Positions 1 to 11,504 of a stretch of DNA of 64,000 bases are shown here, in pieces. Origin of the DNA: Octopus vulgaris (taxonomy: Eukaryota). The stretch is from contig OX597825.1 of the NCBI GenBank assembly GCA_951406725.2, positions 45,818,001 through 45,882,000 on the forward strand, read 5' to 3'. Position numbers and translations under genes: made by a program. The notes below the pieces were generated by a model. The model saw only the letters and a program-made list of their open reading frames with translations. It was not told the origin of the DNA and did not search any database. Within the stretch, counting starts at the first letter, position 1. Each line of letters starts with the position of its first letter.

Positions 1-123
1 GTCTAATTTGTGTTGATGATCCGAAAGCACATTGGTAAAATGGAAAGATTAAAAATTGTGGTTGTAGTTGCTTTGCGCATTTCTCAATGTGCTCACTAAA
101 AGGTATCATTCTATATTCTGGGA

Positions 124-516
124 ATGCAATCTGTTGTCGAGGGACAGAAATTTAAAGAGGGACAGAAATTCAAGATCAAATCTAACTTTACTTGTGCCTC
201 TGAAAACATAATTTATGTGATAAAATGCTCGGGCTGCCACCAAGACTACGTGGGGTCCACGGGACTATCACTCAGACGTAGATGCACACTGCATCGACAA
301 CAGATTGCATTCCCAGAATATAGAATGATACCTTTTAGTGAGCACATTGAGAAATGCGCAAAGCAACTACAACCACAATTTTTAATCTTTCCATTTTACC
401 AATGTGCTTTCGGATCATCAACACAAATTAGACTATACAAGGAAACATTCTTCATTGAAAAGTACAAACCCAGACTCAACTATCCAAACATAATAATACA
501 GAGAAATTCACACTAA
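124..516 (+). pseudogene. GIY-YIG endonuclease C-terminus of a Penelope-like element (5' truncated)
   Basis: ORF has FTCASENIIYVIKCSGC..YVGSTG..LRRR...H...E.FFIEKYKPRLN, the Penelope GIY-YIG layout. Confidence 0.85.
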
Positions 517-667
517 GAGAAAAAGAAAAAAAAATTTTTTTAAGTGATTATCTCCCTTACACCGGAAGAAATCACGCACTACCTTCCCTTATTTAGAACT
601 CTCCGTAGCAAAAACACAAGGATAACGCTATTAAAGATAAACATTACATCGCAAGAAATTTGAAGAG

Positions 668-1131
668 CTCTTCCGGACAATTTTTACTTAAAAAAGGCAG
701 CCCCATCATTTGCTCTCTCATTCATTCATCTAGCACCCGAGCGCAGATAAGTTTGAATGCTTATTTATTTTCACTTCTCGATCGATCATACATGCTTTCT
801 TATCTATCTAACTATTTTTATCTAATTTCTCTATCTAATTATTTTAACTAATTTATCCATTTCTCCTCTCGACTATTTAACTAATTTATCCATTTCTCCT
901 CTCGACTATAATCCGCCATCTTGAAGCCTGTTCCTTTAATACACTTCCGCCTTGTCCAAAAATTCCTCTTCCGGACAATTTTTACTTAAAAAAGGCAGCC
1001 CCATCATTTGCTCTCTCATTCATTCATCTAGCACCCGAGCGCAGATAAGTTTGAATGCTTATTTATTTCACTTCTCGATCGATCATACATGCTTTCTTAT
1101 CTATCTAACTATTTTTATCTAATTTCTCTAT
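668..1131 (+). repeat. Direct duplication of ~166 bp (668-834 / 966-1131) in the Penelope 3' region
   Basis: Near-identical copies starting ctcttccggacaatttttacttaaaaaaggcagcccc. Confidence 0.85.
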
Positions 1132-1399
1132 AATCAACCATCGTGTATTCGCGGTGCACCCGCCCTGCCCACCCCCACCACCAATACCGGATATCTCTAT
1201 ATTTTTGCTCCATCTATACCGGATGTCGCTTCTCCCACCACCATTATAGGTGTCTACTCTTCGAACCCCTCTTCAATACGCTATTTCACCATGCATTACC
1301 CCTCTCTTGATATCCTACGTTCTACTTGCCTAGAACCTGTCATCATTTCTCTGAACCACCCCTCCCCACTGGTGCTCCCCAATATTTCTGCACCCCCCC

Positions 1400-1634
1400 C
1401 CACATAAAAAGCACCATCTGAACGTGGCCGATGCCAGACCCCTCTGGCACCTGTGCAGGTGGCACGTAAAAAACACCCACTACACTCGCAGAGTGGTTGG
1501 CGTTAGGAAGGGCATCCAGCTGTAGAAACACTGCCAGACTAGACTGGAGCCTGGGGCAGTCCCTAGCTCCCCAGACCCCGGTCGAAACCGTCCGGAAAAC
1601 GGACGTTAAACGATGATGATGATGATGATGATGA
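1400..1634 (+). mobile_element. 3' terminal fragment of an RTE-type LINE with (GAT)n tail
   Basis: ggcgttaggaagggcatccagctgtagaaac...ggacgttaaacgatgatgat matches the reverse complement of the RTE 3' end at 41806-41990. Confidence 0.75.
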
Positions 1635-1789
1635 AATGCGAAACCGGTCTTTCTTTAAAAATTATAAAATTATGTCATTATAAGGAGGGAAAAAAAAATT
1701 TTCCAATATTCTCCAGACATATTGACGCAAATATATATATTCTTTAACATTTAAGCCTTCTGTCGTTTTTTCACTCTTTACTATTTTCT

Positions 1790-2749
1790 TAGCTGTGGCT
1801 TCTAGCTCGCTCTGATACTGAGTTGAGTTGGTGCCTTCTAGTATCTCAAAATTCAATATTCAATCATTCATGATTGTTTGTATCGTGCGCTGATGAGAGA
1901 AGAAGTCTGGGTAAGGTAGAATTATCTAATTCTTATGCTTTCCTAAGACTTGATCTCGAAACGTACGTCCGTAGGTGACTTAAAACTGTATGATAGATTG
2001 CCGTTAATTCATTCTCTCTTACCTGTTTGTGTTTGCCTTTCAAATGCTGTGTCTTTACTGTGATCTCCCTTTTAGTAGAAGAAATAGCTATAATCTCTTT
2101 GACTGCTATTTCTAAATTCGGTGTGCGGTAAGGCAATTCGTTGCTAAACCCTTAATTGCTTAGTATTACTTAAATTTTCCTCGAATGAGGCTTTTACATG
2201 CCGAAGACTACTTGGTGTAATTGATAATTATTCCAAATTAATTAATTTCACCCTTCATTGTTACTCATAACCATATTCATCCCAGTAAATGACCACAGCA
2301 CTTTGTCTTGGCTACACGCGGGTGGGAAGGGACTGGTGACACAAGCTTTCATTCATACTTTGAATTTGGTGATACTAGCTGTGGCTTCTAGCTCGCTCTG
2401 ATACTGAGTTGAGTTGGTGCCTTCTAGTATCTCAAAATTCAATATTCAATCATTCATGATTGTTTGTATCGTGCGCTGATGAGAGAAGAAGTCTGGGTAA
2501 GGTAGAATTATCTAATTCTTATGCTTTCCTAAGACTTGATCTCGAAACGTACGTCCGTAGGTGACTTAAAACTGTATGATAGATTGCCGTTAATTCATTC
2601 TCTCTTACCTGTTTGTGTTTGCCTTTCAAATGCTGTGTCTTTACTGTGATCTCCCTTTTAGTAGAAGAAATAGCTATAATCTCTTTGACTGCTATTTCTA
2701 AATTCGGTGTGCGGTAAGGCAATTTGTTGCTAAACCCTTAATAGTATTA

Positions 2750-2753
<4 letters not shown>
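1790..2753. repeat. Direct repeat of ~370-380 bp, period 586 (1790-2172 / 2376-2753), pLTR-like
   Basis: Near-identical copies; the ORF track shows identical 67-aa ORFs 586 bp apart; ends in (TA)n. Confidence 0.85.
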
Positions 2754-2816
<63 letters not shown>

Positions 2817-2820
<4 letters not shown>

Positions 2821-3072
2821 AGATGTACTCGCATAGCAAGTAATTTGATCTGAGATCGTGTGCTGAAACGAAAACAATTGCAGTGTGGAAGGTGTTTGTA
2901 AGCCATTTAAGAAACACACAAAAGCCGTTCGATTCACTTCAACATTTAAGTTTAATTTGTCAAAATATTTTCATCGCTAAAATCCGCGACCTGTTCACTG
3001 ACAAAAATCCGTGAATCGAACGGCTTTTGTGTGTTTCTTAAATGGCTTACAAACACCTTCCACGCTGCAATT
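2817..3072 (-). mobile_element. Non-autonomous Penelope-like unit with 62-bp inverted arms (2876-2937 / 3011-3072), between (TA)n tracts
   Basis: Arms are reverse complements with 1 mismatch; a hammerhead motif lies between them. Confidence 0.7.
2956..3005 (-). ncRNA. Minimal type I hammerhead ribozyme, G3-C8 core variant
   Basis: Minus strand: tttgtca GTGAACA g gtcgc-ggatttta-gcgat GAAA atat TT tgacaaa; 7-bp helix I, 5-bp helix II, palindromic AATATT helix III. Confidence 0.75.
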
Positions 3073-4487
3073 ATATATATATATATTTATATATAACACC
3101 CTAATGGGGGCCTTAAGTCCCAAATTTTAGTAATTTCTTTTATGATCCAAAACTAGGTCAAAAGTATTGAATGGATCTTAATGAAATTTGGAAATTATAT
3201 TCTATGCATAAAGGCCATAACCCCCATGACAATTCATATATTTTTGCTGTTGATGAAATTTTAACCATAGATATTACACACAAATGCAGTAATATTTATA
3301 AAATTTCATCTTCTTACAAGTTAGAAAGACCCCCTCCATGGGGACTTAACACCCACAATTTTGTCATTTTCTCTAAGCAAAAACGAATACAGTTGTGCTC
3401 TTGTAAGCTGTAGGGTTCCCCGAGCGTAAAAGTTGAGCATTATTTGTAATTCAATGGTACAACAGTGTAACAGTTTGCTTTGACATACACTTACATTGTG
3501 ATTTCTGCAATGTGGTGCATAAATTGTCAAGTAAATGAGAGGCATCTTTGCCTCCACTGATTCAGTTGCAAAGTGTTGAGTAAAGTTATTTGATTGCAGA
3601 CCTCCTTTCAGTCTTTTTATTATCACTGGGTTACACATAGTCCCCAGATGGTAACATTGATTTCAAGGCCTTCCCAGATGAGTGACTGGTTATTCAAAGA
3701 CATTTATAGATTGTAAATTTATTCTGTCCAGTTACGTATCAGTATAGTGGTCATTTGCAAACTCCAGAGGTGACATTTTCATTTCTCCTTAGCCCTCATG
3801 TCACACAGTTGTTAATGTTGATATCAGTTGGGTCACGCCCTTCCAATTGCTATAGATTCATAATGCATCTCACAGCTGTGCCTGTCACCTGGATGGTGAG
3901 GAATCCTACATTGGGGGTGGTAACGACTAGGGTAACTGACTGCTCATTATGATCATTTGTCTTTTGGTTTCCTGAAGCTTTACTCTCTTTTACAAACCCA
4001 GTGAACATATATTTCCTATTTCAAAGAAATTCAAACAATAGATATAAGACCCAAGTTAAAAAGATTCTCAACAATTCAACTTCTCTGGTTGACATTAGGA
4101 CACCAACCCCCAACAGGGGCCTTAACTCTCACATTTTAGAGTTCCATGACTTTCATTTTTCAGGAGCAAAATCTTTTTAACAGGTTCAATAAGACTGGAA
4201 TTTTGGAATATGCGCATAAAAATCAGTAGTATGGGATACATGTGGCATGATTACAATTTTTTTAGGGTGTGTAAAGCGAGAAATAACCCTCATCTGCAAT
4301 TTTGATGAAATTCGAAACATAGATATTCCAGTTCATTACAGAAAATATAACAGAAAAGTTATCTCTGTTAGCATGTATGTGTGTATGTACATATTTGTGT
4401 ATATAATATATATCTGTATCAAATATCACATATATTTGTTCATAATTGTTCTCATATTTTCATAAATTATATATTCTCTTACCATTG

Positions 4488-4845
4488 AGGTTCAATGGCC
4501 TAGTGGTTAGGGCCGCAGACTCACAGTCCTACGATTGTGGTTTCAATTCCCAGACCGGGCGTTGTGAGTGTTTATTGAGCAAAAACCCTCAAAGCTCCAT
4601 GTGGCTCCGGCAGGGGGTGGTAGCAAACTCTGTTGTACTCTTTCACCACAACTTTCTCACACTCTTTCTTCCTGTTTCTGTTGTACCTGTATTTTAAAGC
4701 CAGCCTTGTCACACTCTGTCATGCTGAATCTCTCTATGTTAAGGGTACACGTGTCTGTGGAGTGTTCAGCCACTTGCACGTTAATTTCACGAGCAGGCTG
4801 TTCCATTGATTGGATCAACTGCAACCCTCATTGTTATGCAACCAT
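4488..4845 (+). mobile_element. tRNA-derived SINE
   Basis: A box tggcctagtgg, B-box-like ggtttcaattccc; body contains ccacttgcacgttaa (Deu/Nin-domain-like). Confidence 0.7.
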
Positions 4846-5173
4846 GCTAAATGAGGTCAGCACTCAGTGTGAGATAGCATAGTTGAAATTTTACACATGA
4901 AAAAATGCAAAAGCTGCAGGAAAAATAACATCATTATGGAAATTTCCATTCAAACACCCGATTGAGCTCACAAAAATAGATGCCATTGTTGAGTTTTCGG
5001 AAAATTCTGGCCATATTTGAACTTCAGGGCATGTGATCTACTGATGTGCCAAAAATCATTAGAATCAGTTCGACGGTGTGGGAGGAGTTAGAGTAACCCC
5101 AAATACACAGAGAGACAGACACCATTATATATTTATGTATATATATATATATCTATATATATATATATATATA

Positions 5174-5540
5174 CTAGCAGTATCGCCTGGCGTTGCTCAG
5201 GTTTGTAAGGGAAATAACTATAAAGCATTTTTAGAGAGTTATAGCCAAAAAATGGAAAAAAATATGGTAAATTTTTTTTTGAGAGTTAAAAAAGGATGGA
5301 GTTGCGTCCCCTAGACAGTTTGTGGTTCGTGTTTCTGATTCTCGACCCCATGTCGAATTTATCGATTTTTTTCAGAATTGGGGGAACTTTTCAAAATTTT
5401 GGCTGCGTTAGTTTTGAATTATGACATTGGGCTATGTGTGTGTCAAGTTTCATCAGAATCGGTTGAAAGCCGTGGTCAGGGTGAGGGTACAAGCAAACAG
5501 ACACACAGAAACACGCACAGACAAACTGCCGTTTATATAT

Positions 5541-5543
<3 letters not shown>
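5174..5543 (-). mobile_element. Non-autonomous mini-Helitron (370 bp)
   Basis: Minus strand starts TCtatatataaa and ends with hairpin cctgagcaacgccagg + CTAG; inserted between A and T with no TSD. Confidence 0.8.
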
Positions 5544-5588
<45 letters not shown>

Positions 5589-5593
5589 ACACA

Positions 5594-5754
5594 AGTGCAG
5601 TGTGACTGTGTGGTAAGAAGCTTGCTTCTGAACCACATGGCTGTGGGTTCAGCCCCACTGCATGGGACCTTGGGCAAGTGTCTTCTGCTACAGCCTCAGG
5701 CTGACCAAAGCCTTGTGAGTGGATTTGGTAGACGGAAACTGAGAGAAGCCCATC

Positions 5755-5812
<58 letters not shown>

Positions 5813-6020
5813 TGACATATGTGTCTTTGTTTGACCCCCCCCACCATCATTTGGAAACCGACGTTGGTATATTTACATCCCCATAATCTAGTGGTTCGGC
5901 AAAAGAGACTGATAGAATAAGTGCCAGGCTTACAGAGAATTTGTCCTGGGGTTGATTTCTTTGACTAAAAGGCAGTGCTCCGGCATGGCCACAGTCAAAC
6001 AACTGAAACTAATAAAAGTA
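5594..6020 (+). mobile_element. tRNA-derived SINE with internal (TA)n; family recurs in the window
   Basis: tRNA-like head, accttgggcaagtgtcttct..ccaaagccttgtgagtggatttggtagacgg core, tail also at 41642-41790. Confidence 0.75.
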
Positions 6021-6244
6021 AATATTGGAGGATAAGCATATCAAAAGGGGTCGATGGGACAACTCATTTAAAGAAAAGGGTTTGGAACAACTGTTGAGAA
6101 CCACTGGGAAAAGTTTAGGTACCACTGATCTAGACAGTGACTTACGAACCAGCAAGCTGGGAGACATATAGAGGGAGAACAGCATGTTTTCTTCAAAAGA
6201 TGACCACTCTAGGCATGTATGTGTATAATAATACATAGCTATGT

Positions 6245-7134
6245 TAGAACAGACTCCACTATTGCCAGAAACAACATCATTTTCAATTTCCTTGCTAACT
6301 TTGAGCTCCACACTTTTCTCAATTTATGGCATGCACGCCAGGCAAGAGCTTGCCTTGCTACAATATCTTTTTCAGTACTTTGTGTCCACACACCAAGGTA
6401 TTTGAAATTTTCAACTATCTTGAGTGACTTGCCGTCTCCCACTTTCACTGACAGGCATTTCGTAGTTGAATACTTGCAGCTCTGTTTTCTTTGCATTACA
6501 GTACAATCCTACCTTCCCTGATTCCTGTTCTAATCTGCTCAGCACCTCCTGTGACTGATCTGTCCTCTCAGTTAGTAATACCAGGTCATCAGCATAGTCT
6601 AGGTCAGTTACTGTTACTGCTTGATGTTGTCTACTTCTTTGCCTATGCAGTTTGAATGCCAGTTCTTCTTCCTCGCCCTTGTATGTTTTACGCTTTACAT
6701 AGCTCAGAACTATGGTGAAGAGGTAAGGTACTATACGGGGCTGAAACATGGGTGCTAACTAAAGCATTGAAGAAGCAATTGGACGGTTGTTATACAAGGA
6801 TGCTTAGAATAGCACTCAGTGTCTCCTGGAAGAGTAATACAACAAATGCTGACTTATAGCAGGGATTACCGAAAGTAACATAGAAGATACAACATAGAAG
6901 GATGAGGCTATCTGGACACTGTATCAGACATACCAATGAAATTGCTAACAAGTTAGTGCTCTGACAACCAACAGAAGGAAGAATCAGGAGAGGAAGGAAG
7001 AAGGCGACCTATATTGACAACTTGCTGGAGGATACTGGTATGGAAGGGTTACTGGAGCTGAGGACCATTATGGAAGATTGAGATGAGTGGGGAAAATGTG
7101 TGGAAACAGTCTTGGGGTGTCCTGAGGGACAACC

Positions 7135-7204
<70 letters not shown>
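6245..7204. mobile_element. 5'-inverted, truncated LINE (RTE/RTEX-like RT): minus 6245-6730, plus 6729-7135, (TAGA)n tail
   Basis: Minus: PYLF..DLDYADD..FKYLG..VESVL; plus continues LYGAETW..LDGCYTRMLR; TSD tatgttag at 6240-6247 / 7203-7210. Confidence 0.8.
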
Positions 7205-7625
7205 TGTTAGTAAAAAGAATACATTTTGCAGATGGAAAAGGGCAAGCTTACTATTGAAAAGTTTCAAAGTCTGTCAGGGTAACAATAAAGAGAGGGAGAA
7301 GGAGAGTGATAGAGAAAGCAGGTGAGAGTGGGATGGAGGGGCATAAAACTATCTAGAGAGTGACTTACAAACCAGCCAGCTGGAAGATATAGTTCTCTGG
7401 GCAGTGAATTGAAGAAAAAAGAGAAAATAGCATGTTTTCTTCAAAAGATGACCACACTAGACTGCAAGAAACATCTTAGGCACGTATGTGTATAATAATG
7501 ATACATTGTTGTGTTAGAAAAAAGAATGAATATAGCGGAGGAAAACTGGCTAGCTTACTGGTGAAAAGTTTCAATGTCTGTCAGGGCAACGACAGAGAGA
7601 GGGAGAAGGAGAGGGATGGTGAAAG

Positions 7626-7700
<75 letters not shown>

Positions 7701-9687
7701 CAGAGGAGTATAAAGCTATGTAGACCAGTGGTTCCCATGGTCCTCCATAAAGGAGCTGCAAGTATTCAACTACGAAATGCCTGTCAGTGAAAGTGGGAGA
7801 CGGCAAGTCGCTCAAGATAGTTGAAAATTCAGAATTTCAGATATATATATATACTGAATGTTAAACATATTAAATGGGGCACATGGCACAACCAGTGCCA
7901 GATTAACTATAAAGTAAAATAAGCATGTGCTTGGGGCATCAAATCAAGTAACAGCACCACAAAAATGGTAAAAAGTGATGATCTTGTAGCAGAAGTGATA
8001 TGCACTGTCATTGTGTGAGACGTTTTGATTTTGACTCATCTAGGTTTAAATACCCCAATATCGGCTCCACAAGGCCTTTTCATTCCATTGGTTACATGAC
8101 CTCGTGATTAAGTGAATTATGCGGTAAATTAATCACCAGCTTCTGGGAGCCCAATATTCCCTATAAGTACAGCAGTTCTTTACTGTTCTAGGTCTTTGGC
8201 ACATGCCACTGATCACATGCAACTCGTCTCCAGCAACGATGTTCTGACACCAGTCAGTCTCTGCTTTCATCTCCACCAGACACCTGCTTACATCAATGCT
8301 GCATGAAGACCACACACCAACGGTTGCCTCTACAAACCACCAACAGTACGTCAAATATGTCCACAACATCAACAGTCCAGCTTAACCACAAAGTTCTCTC
8401 ACAGATCTTTGTAATAACCTGTTATGTTAATTCATATTTGGCAATCATTGTATTTTATAATGGAGAATAAAACGTTGCTTACCAGTTCTGTTTCAATCTC
8501 AAGTTGTAATATGTCTCATTTACACATTTCTTGGAGCTTTTCAATCTCAGTAACAGATTTTTCAATTATTTTTTTAACTAAACAGTTTGAAACTTCGGAT
8601 ACTAGTTGAAACTCTTATGATAAAAGGCAGATTTTCTCTGCCTGTTCCCATGTTTCTTTTTAAAACAATTCTACAATATAGAATTTCTTCAATTGGAATT
8701 TACCTATGATTTTTGCAAGTAGATTCGATTGGGTCATGGCATGTAAAGTTTTTTCAATTTGACCCCCAATTAAGCAAAAATTCGAGAAAACTCAATATTT
8801 TACGATTTGCCTCTCTCATTTCAAGTGCTTCACTCCTTCCATTACCACCACACTTTCTCCCACTTTCTCTTTGCAAGTGTGCAACAATTAAAGTGAAAGT
8901 ATTTATATAAAAGGGATGAGCAATTAATACTGGTCATCCTTTTTGCTAGAGGAAGATCCGCTATGGTCTTATATGCTACACCACTGGTTTTCAATTCATA
9001 TTAATCAAATTAATATTAAATTTTTCACCCTTATTATGTGTGTGTGTGTATTAGCAATTCGTATAAAATTTGATCAATGACTTCAACTTGAATAAATGGT
9101 TTCACATAAATGGGAATAAATTAAAAAGGTTTGTTGTTATTATTATTACTGTTTGACTATTGTAATCACGTTTGTTGGTTCCTCGTCAATGAAACGTTGT
9201 TGTGTTGCATTTCTTAAATAATTGTAAACCGTAACCTTCCCCTTTGCTTATTGTTTAAAAATTGAATTGTGTCCCTGTTTGGGGAAATTGACTATATTTT
9301 CACCGTCTTTACGGAAGCATTTTTGTTTAAATGCCTTCGATAGAAGAAAGTCCAAAAATGAATTTCGCTGCAGCCGTACACTTCTATACAAGAGGGAGAA
9401 CAAGATCCAATTGGTCGAAATTGCAAGAGACGGGCTTACAATTCCAGTCTGTTATATATTTTGAGTATTGTTATCACTAGCGATATCAAGATATAACTTT
9501 GTATTTTGTATTTTATGTGTAGATGTATATATATAGATGTACATGTAATATGTATACATATATATATACACATATATACATGCATAATATATCTACCCAT
9601 ACACACACACACACACACACACATACATACATAGGGGCAGGTGTGGCTCTGTGGTAACAAACTACGTTCGAAGATACTGTACTTGAT

Positions 9688-10328
9688 ATGGGCGGTTGTG
9701 CCTTGCCGGTCTATGGCCTACCTTCAACAAACCGGGAAGGCACAAAAACTCTGTCTTCACATTTGTTGCGTGAGACATGTTTTAATGTTGACGAGCTTGC
9801 CGAGTACATAGCCGACAATGAGCCAAAGCTCCTTCCAGAACAGAAGTTCGCTTACAACTCCGTCGTTAATTCAGTCCGGGCCAAAGCTGGGGGGATTTTT
9901 TTCCTGGACGCTCCTGGGGGCACTGGGAAAACTTTTGTTAACAAATTAATATTGGCTGAGATTAGGCGAACACAAGGCATTGCCCTAGCTGTGGAATCAT
10001 CTGGAATTGCGGCTACTTTGTTGCCAGGCGGCAGGACAGCTCACTCCACTTTCAAGCTCCCGCTTGACTTAGCGAAGACTGAGACACCAGCTTGCAACAC
10101 CAGTAACAGCTCCGATCAGGCAGAAGTCTTCAGACGATGCAAACTTATCGTTTGGGATGAATGCACGATGGCCCATAGAGGTGCTCTTGAGGCACTAGAT
10201 AGATCTCTCAGAGACATAAAACACTCTTCAGCTCCCATGGGAGGCATAACACTTCTTCTTTCAGGGGACTTCCGACAAACACTTCCCGTTATTTCCAAAG
10301 GGACAAGAACTGATGCAGTAAGTGCGTG
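9688..10328 (+). pseudogene. Helitron Pif1-family helicase, N-terminal part
   Basis: FFLDAPGGTGKT (Walker A), GRTAHSTFKLP, IVWDECTM, GDFRQTLPV. Confidence 0.9.
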
Positions 10329-10911
10329 TGTAGTGGATGCGTGGATGTATTAATAAATACATAAGTGTTTTGTAATAAATTAAAGATTTATTTTCACTAC
10401 ATCAATTTGTAAGCAATGCTATACATCGCTTGTACAAAATGCATATTCAATAGTGGTTGCAAATAATACATATTAAAGGAATGCATAATACATGATACAC
10501 ATTAAAGCAGAATATGTTTGATGGTGTGTGTGTGTGTGTGTGTAAATCATGCAGGACAGAGTCACCTTTCTGAATATTCTCTCGTCGTCCTCATAAATGC
10601 GTGGCGTTCTCTTAAGCGTTGGTTCGGGTTCTCTGCAGATACCTATTTCTCCGTTCTATTTATAACATCTCAAATAGCCAGAAAAATAGATATACCGCAA
10701 GAGTGTTATCGCGTACAGTAGGTCGCTGGTCGTTCTGTTAAACTTCGTCTGACCTGCTCGGGTCAGAGGTCGAAGGGAGACGATCCATCATTTTTTGTCA
10801 GAACAAAGAGATTCTGATTTCGCGCCTTTTTGTGCATTGGTATTTTACGACCAATGATTCTTGGGTCTGATTTCGAATCCAAGCTTAGAGAAGGAAGTGC
10901 TAATTCTTACA
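10329..10911 (-). repeat. 3' LTR of the Gypsy element (583 bp)
   Basis: tgtagtgg...ttcttaca; adjacent PPT (minus actagaaggggggtag) at 10912-10927. Confidence 0.95.
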
Positions 10912-10961
10912 CTACCCCCCTTCTAGTGAGAAATCCACAGAGATCGAACGATATTGGAAAT

Positions 10962-10999
<38 letters not shown>

Positions 11000-11504
11000 T
11001 TTTTTTTTTTTTTGATTGTGTGCATGTTGAAAAAAAATTAAAAAAAAATTTTTTTTTTACACATTGAACGATAAAAATATGCATGAAAGGTTTACAATTT
11101 GTATGTGCTATATGGTGGGCAATATGTATATGTGCCCAGGCAGAATTATGTTGGCGCGTTGAAAGAGATGTGCGTCTATTGATTACTCGACCTACTAGGT
11201 CTAATAGAGGCAAGGTGTCTTTCAGTGGCGAAAAAAATCGAGTGATAGCACGCATGAGAACAAGATTTGTAAATGTGTGTGGATATACAGTTAGCAAAAA
11301 TATACTTATGAGAAAGCAAAACATTTTGAAGAGAAAACAAAAAATATGTACATGCAAAAATGAAAGAAATGTTCATCGGCAAAGTTCGATTTTGAAATGT
11401 TCCGTAAAAGTTCATACAGACAGTTTTTGTTTTCATTTTTTTTTTTCTTTACGTACACAAATGTTCTTTGATTTCTCTGGGTGGGTGATGCAGTTATGTG
11501 TTCA

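Noticed and set aside
1634-1652. gcGAAAccggTC, the 3' half of a hammerhead
   Set aside because: The 5' core is missing, replaced by the RTE tail
4488-4560. tRNA gene (also near 5594 and 18560)
   Set aside because: A and B boxes are present but there is no clean cloverleaf; they continue into SINE bodies
5391-5850. YIYI/CVCV/THTH/ERER ORFs here and elsewhere
   Set aside because: Translations of microsatellites
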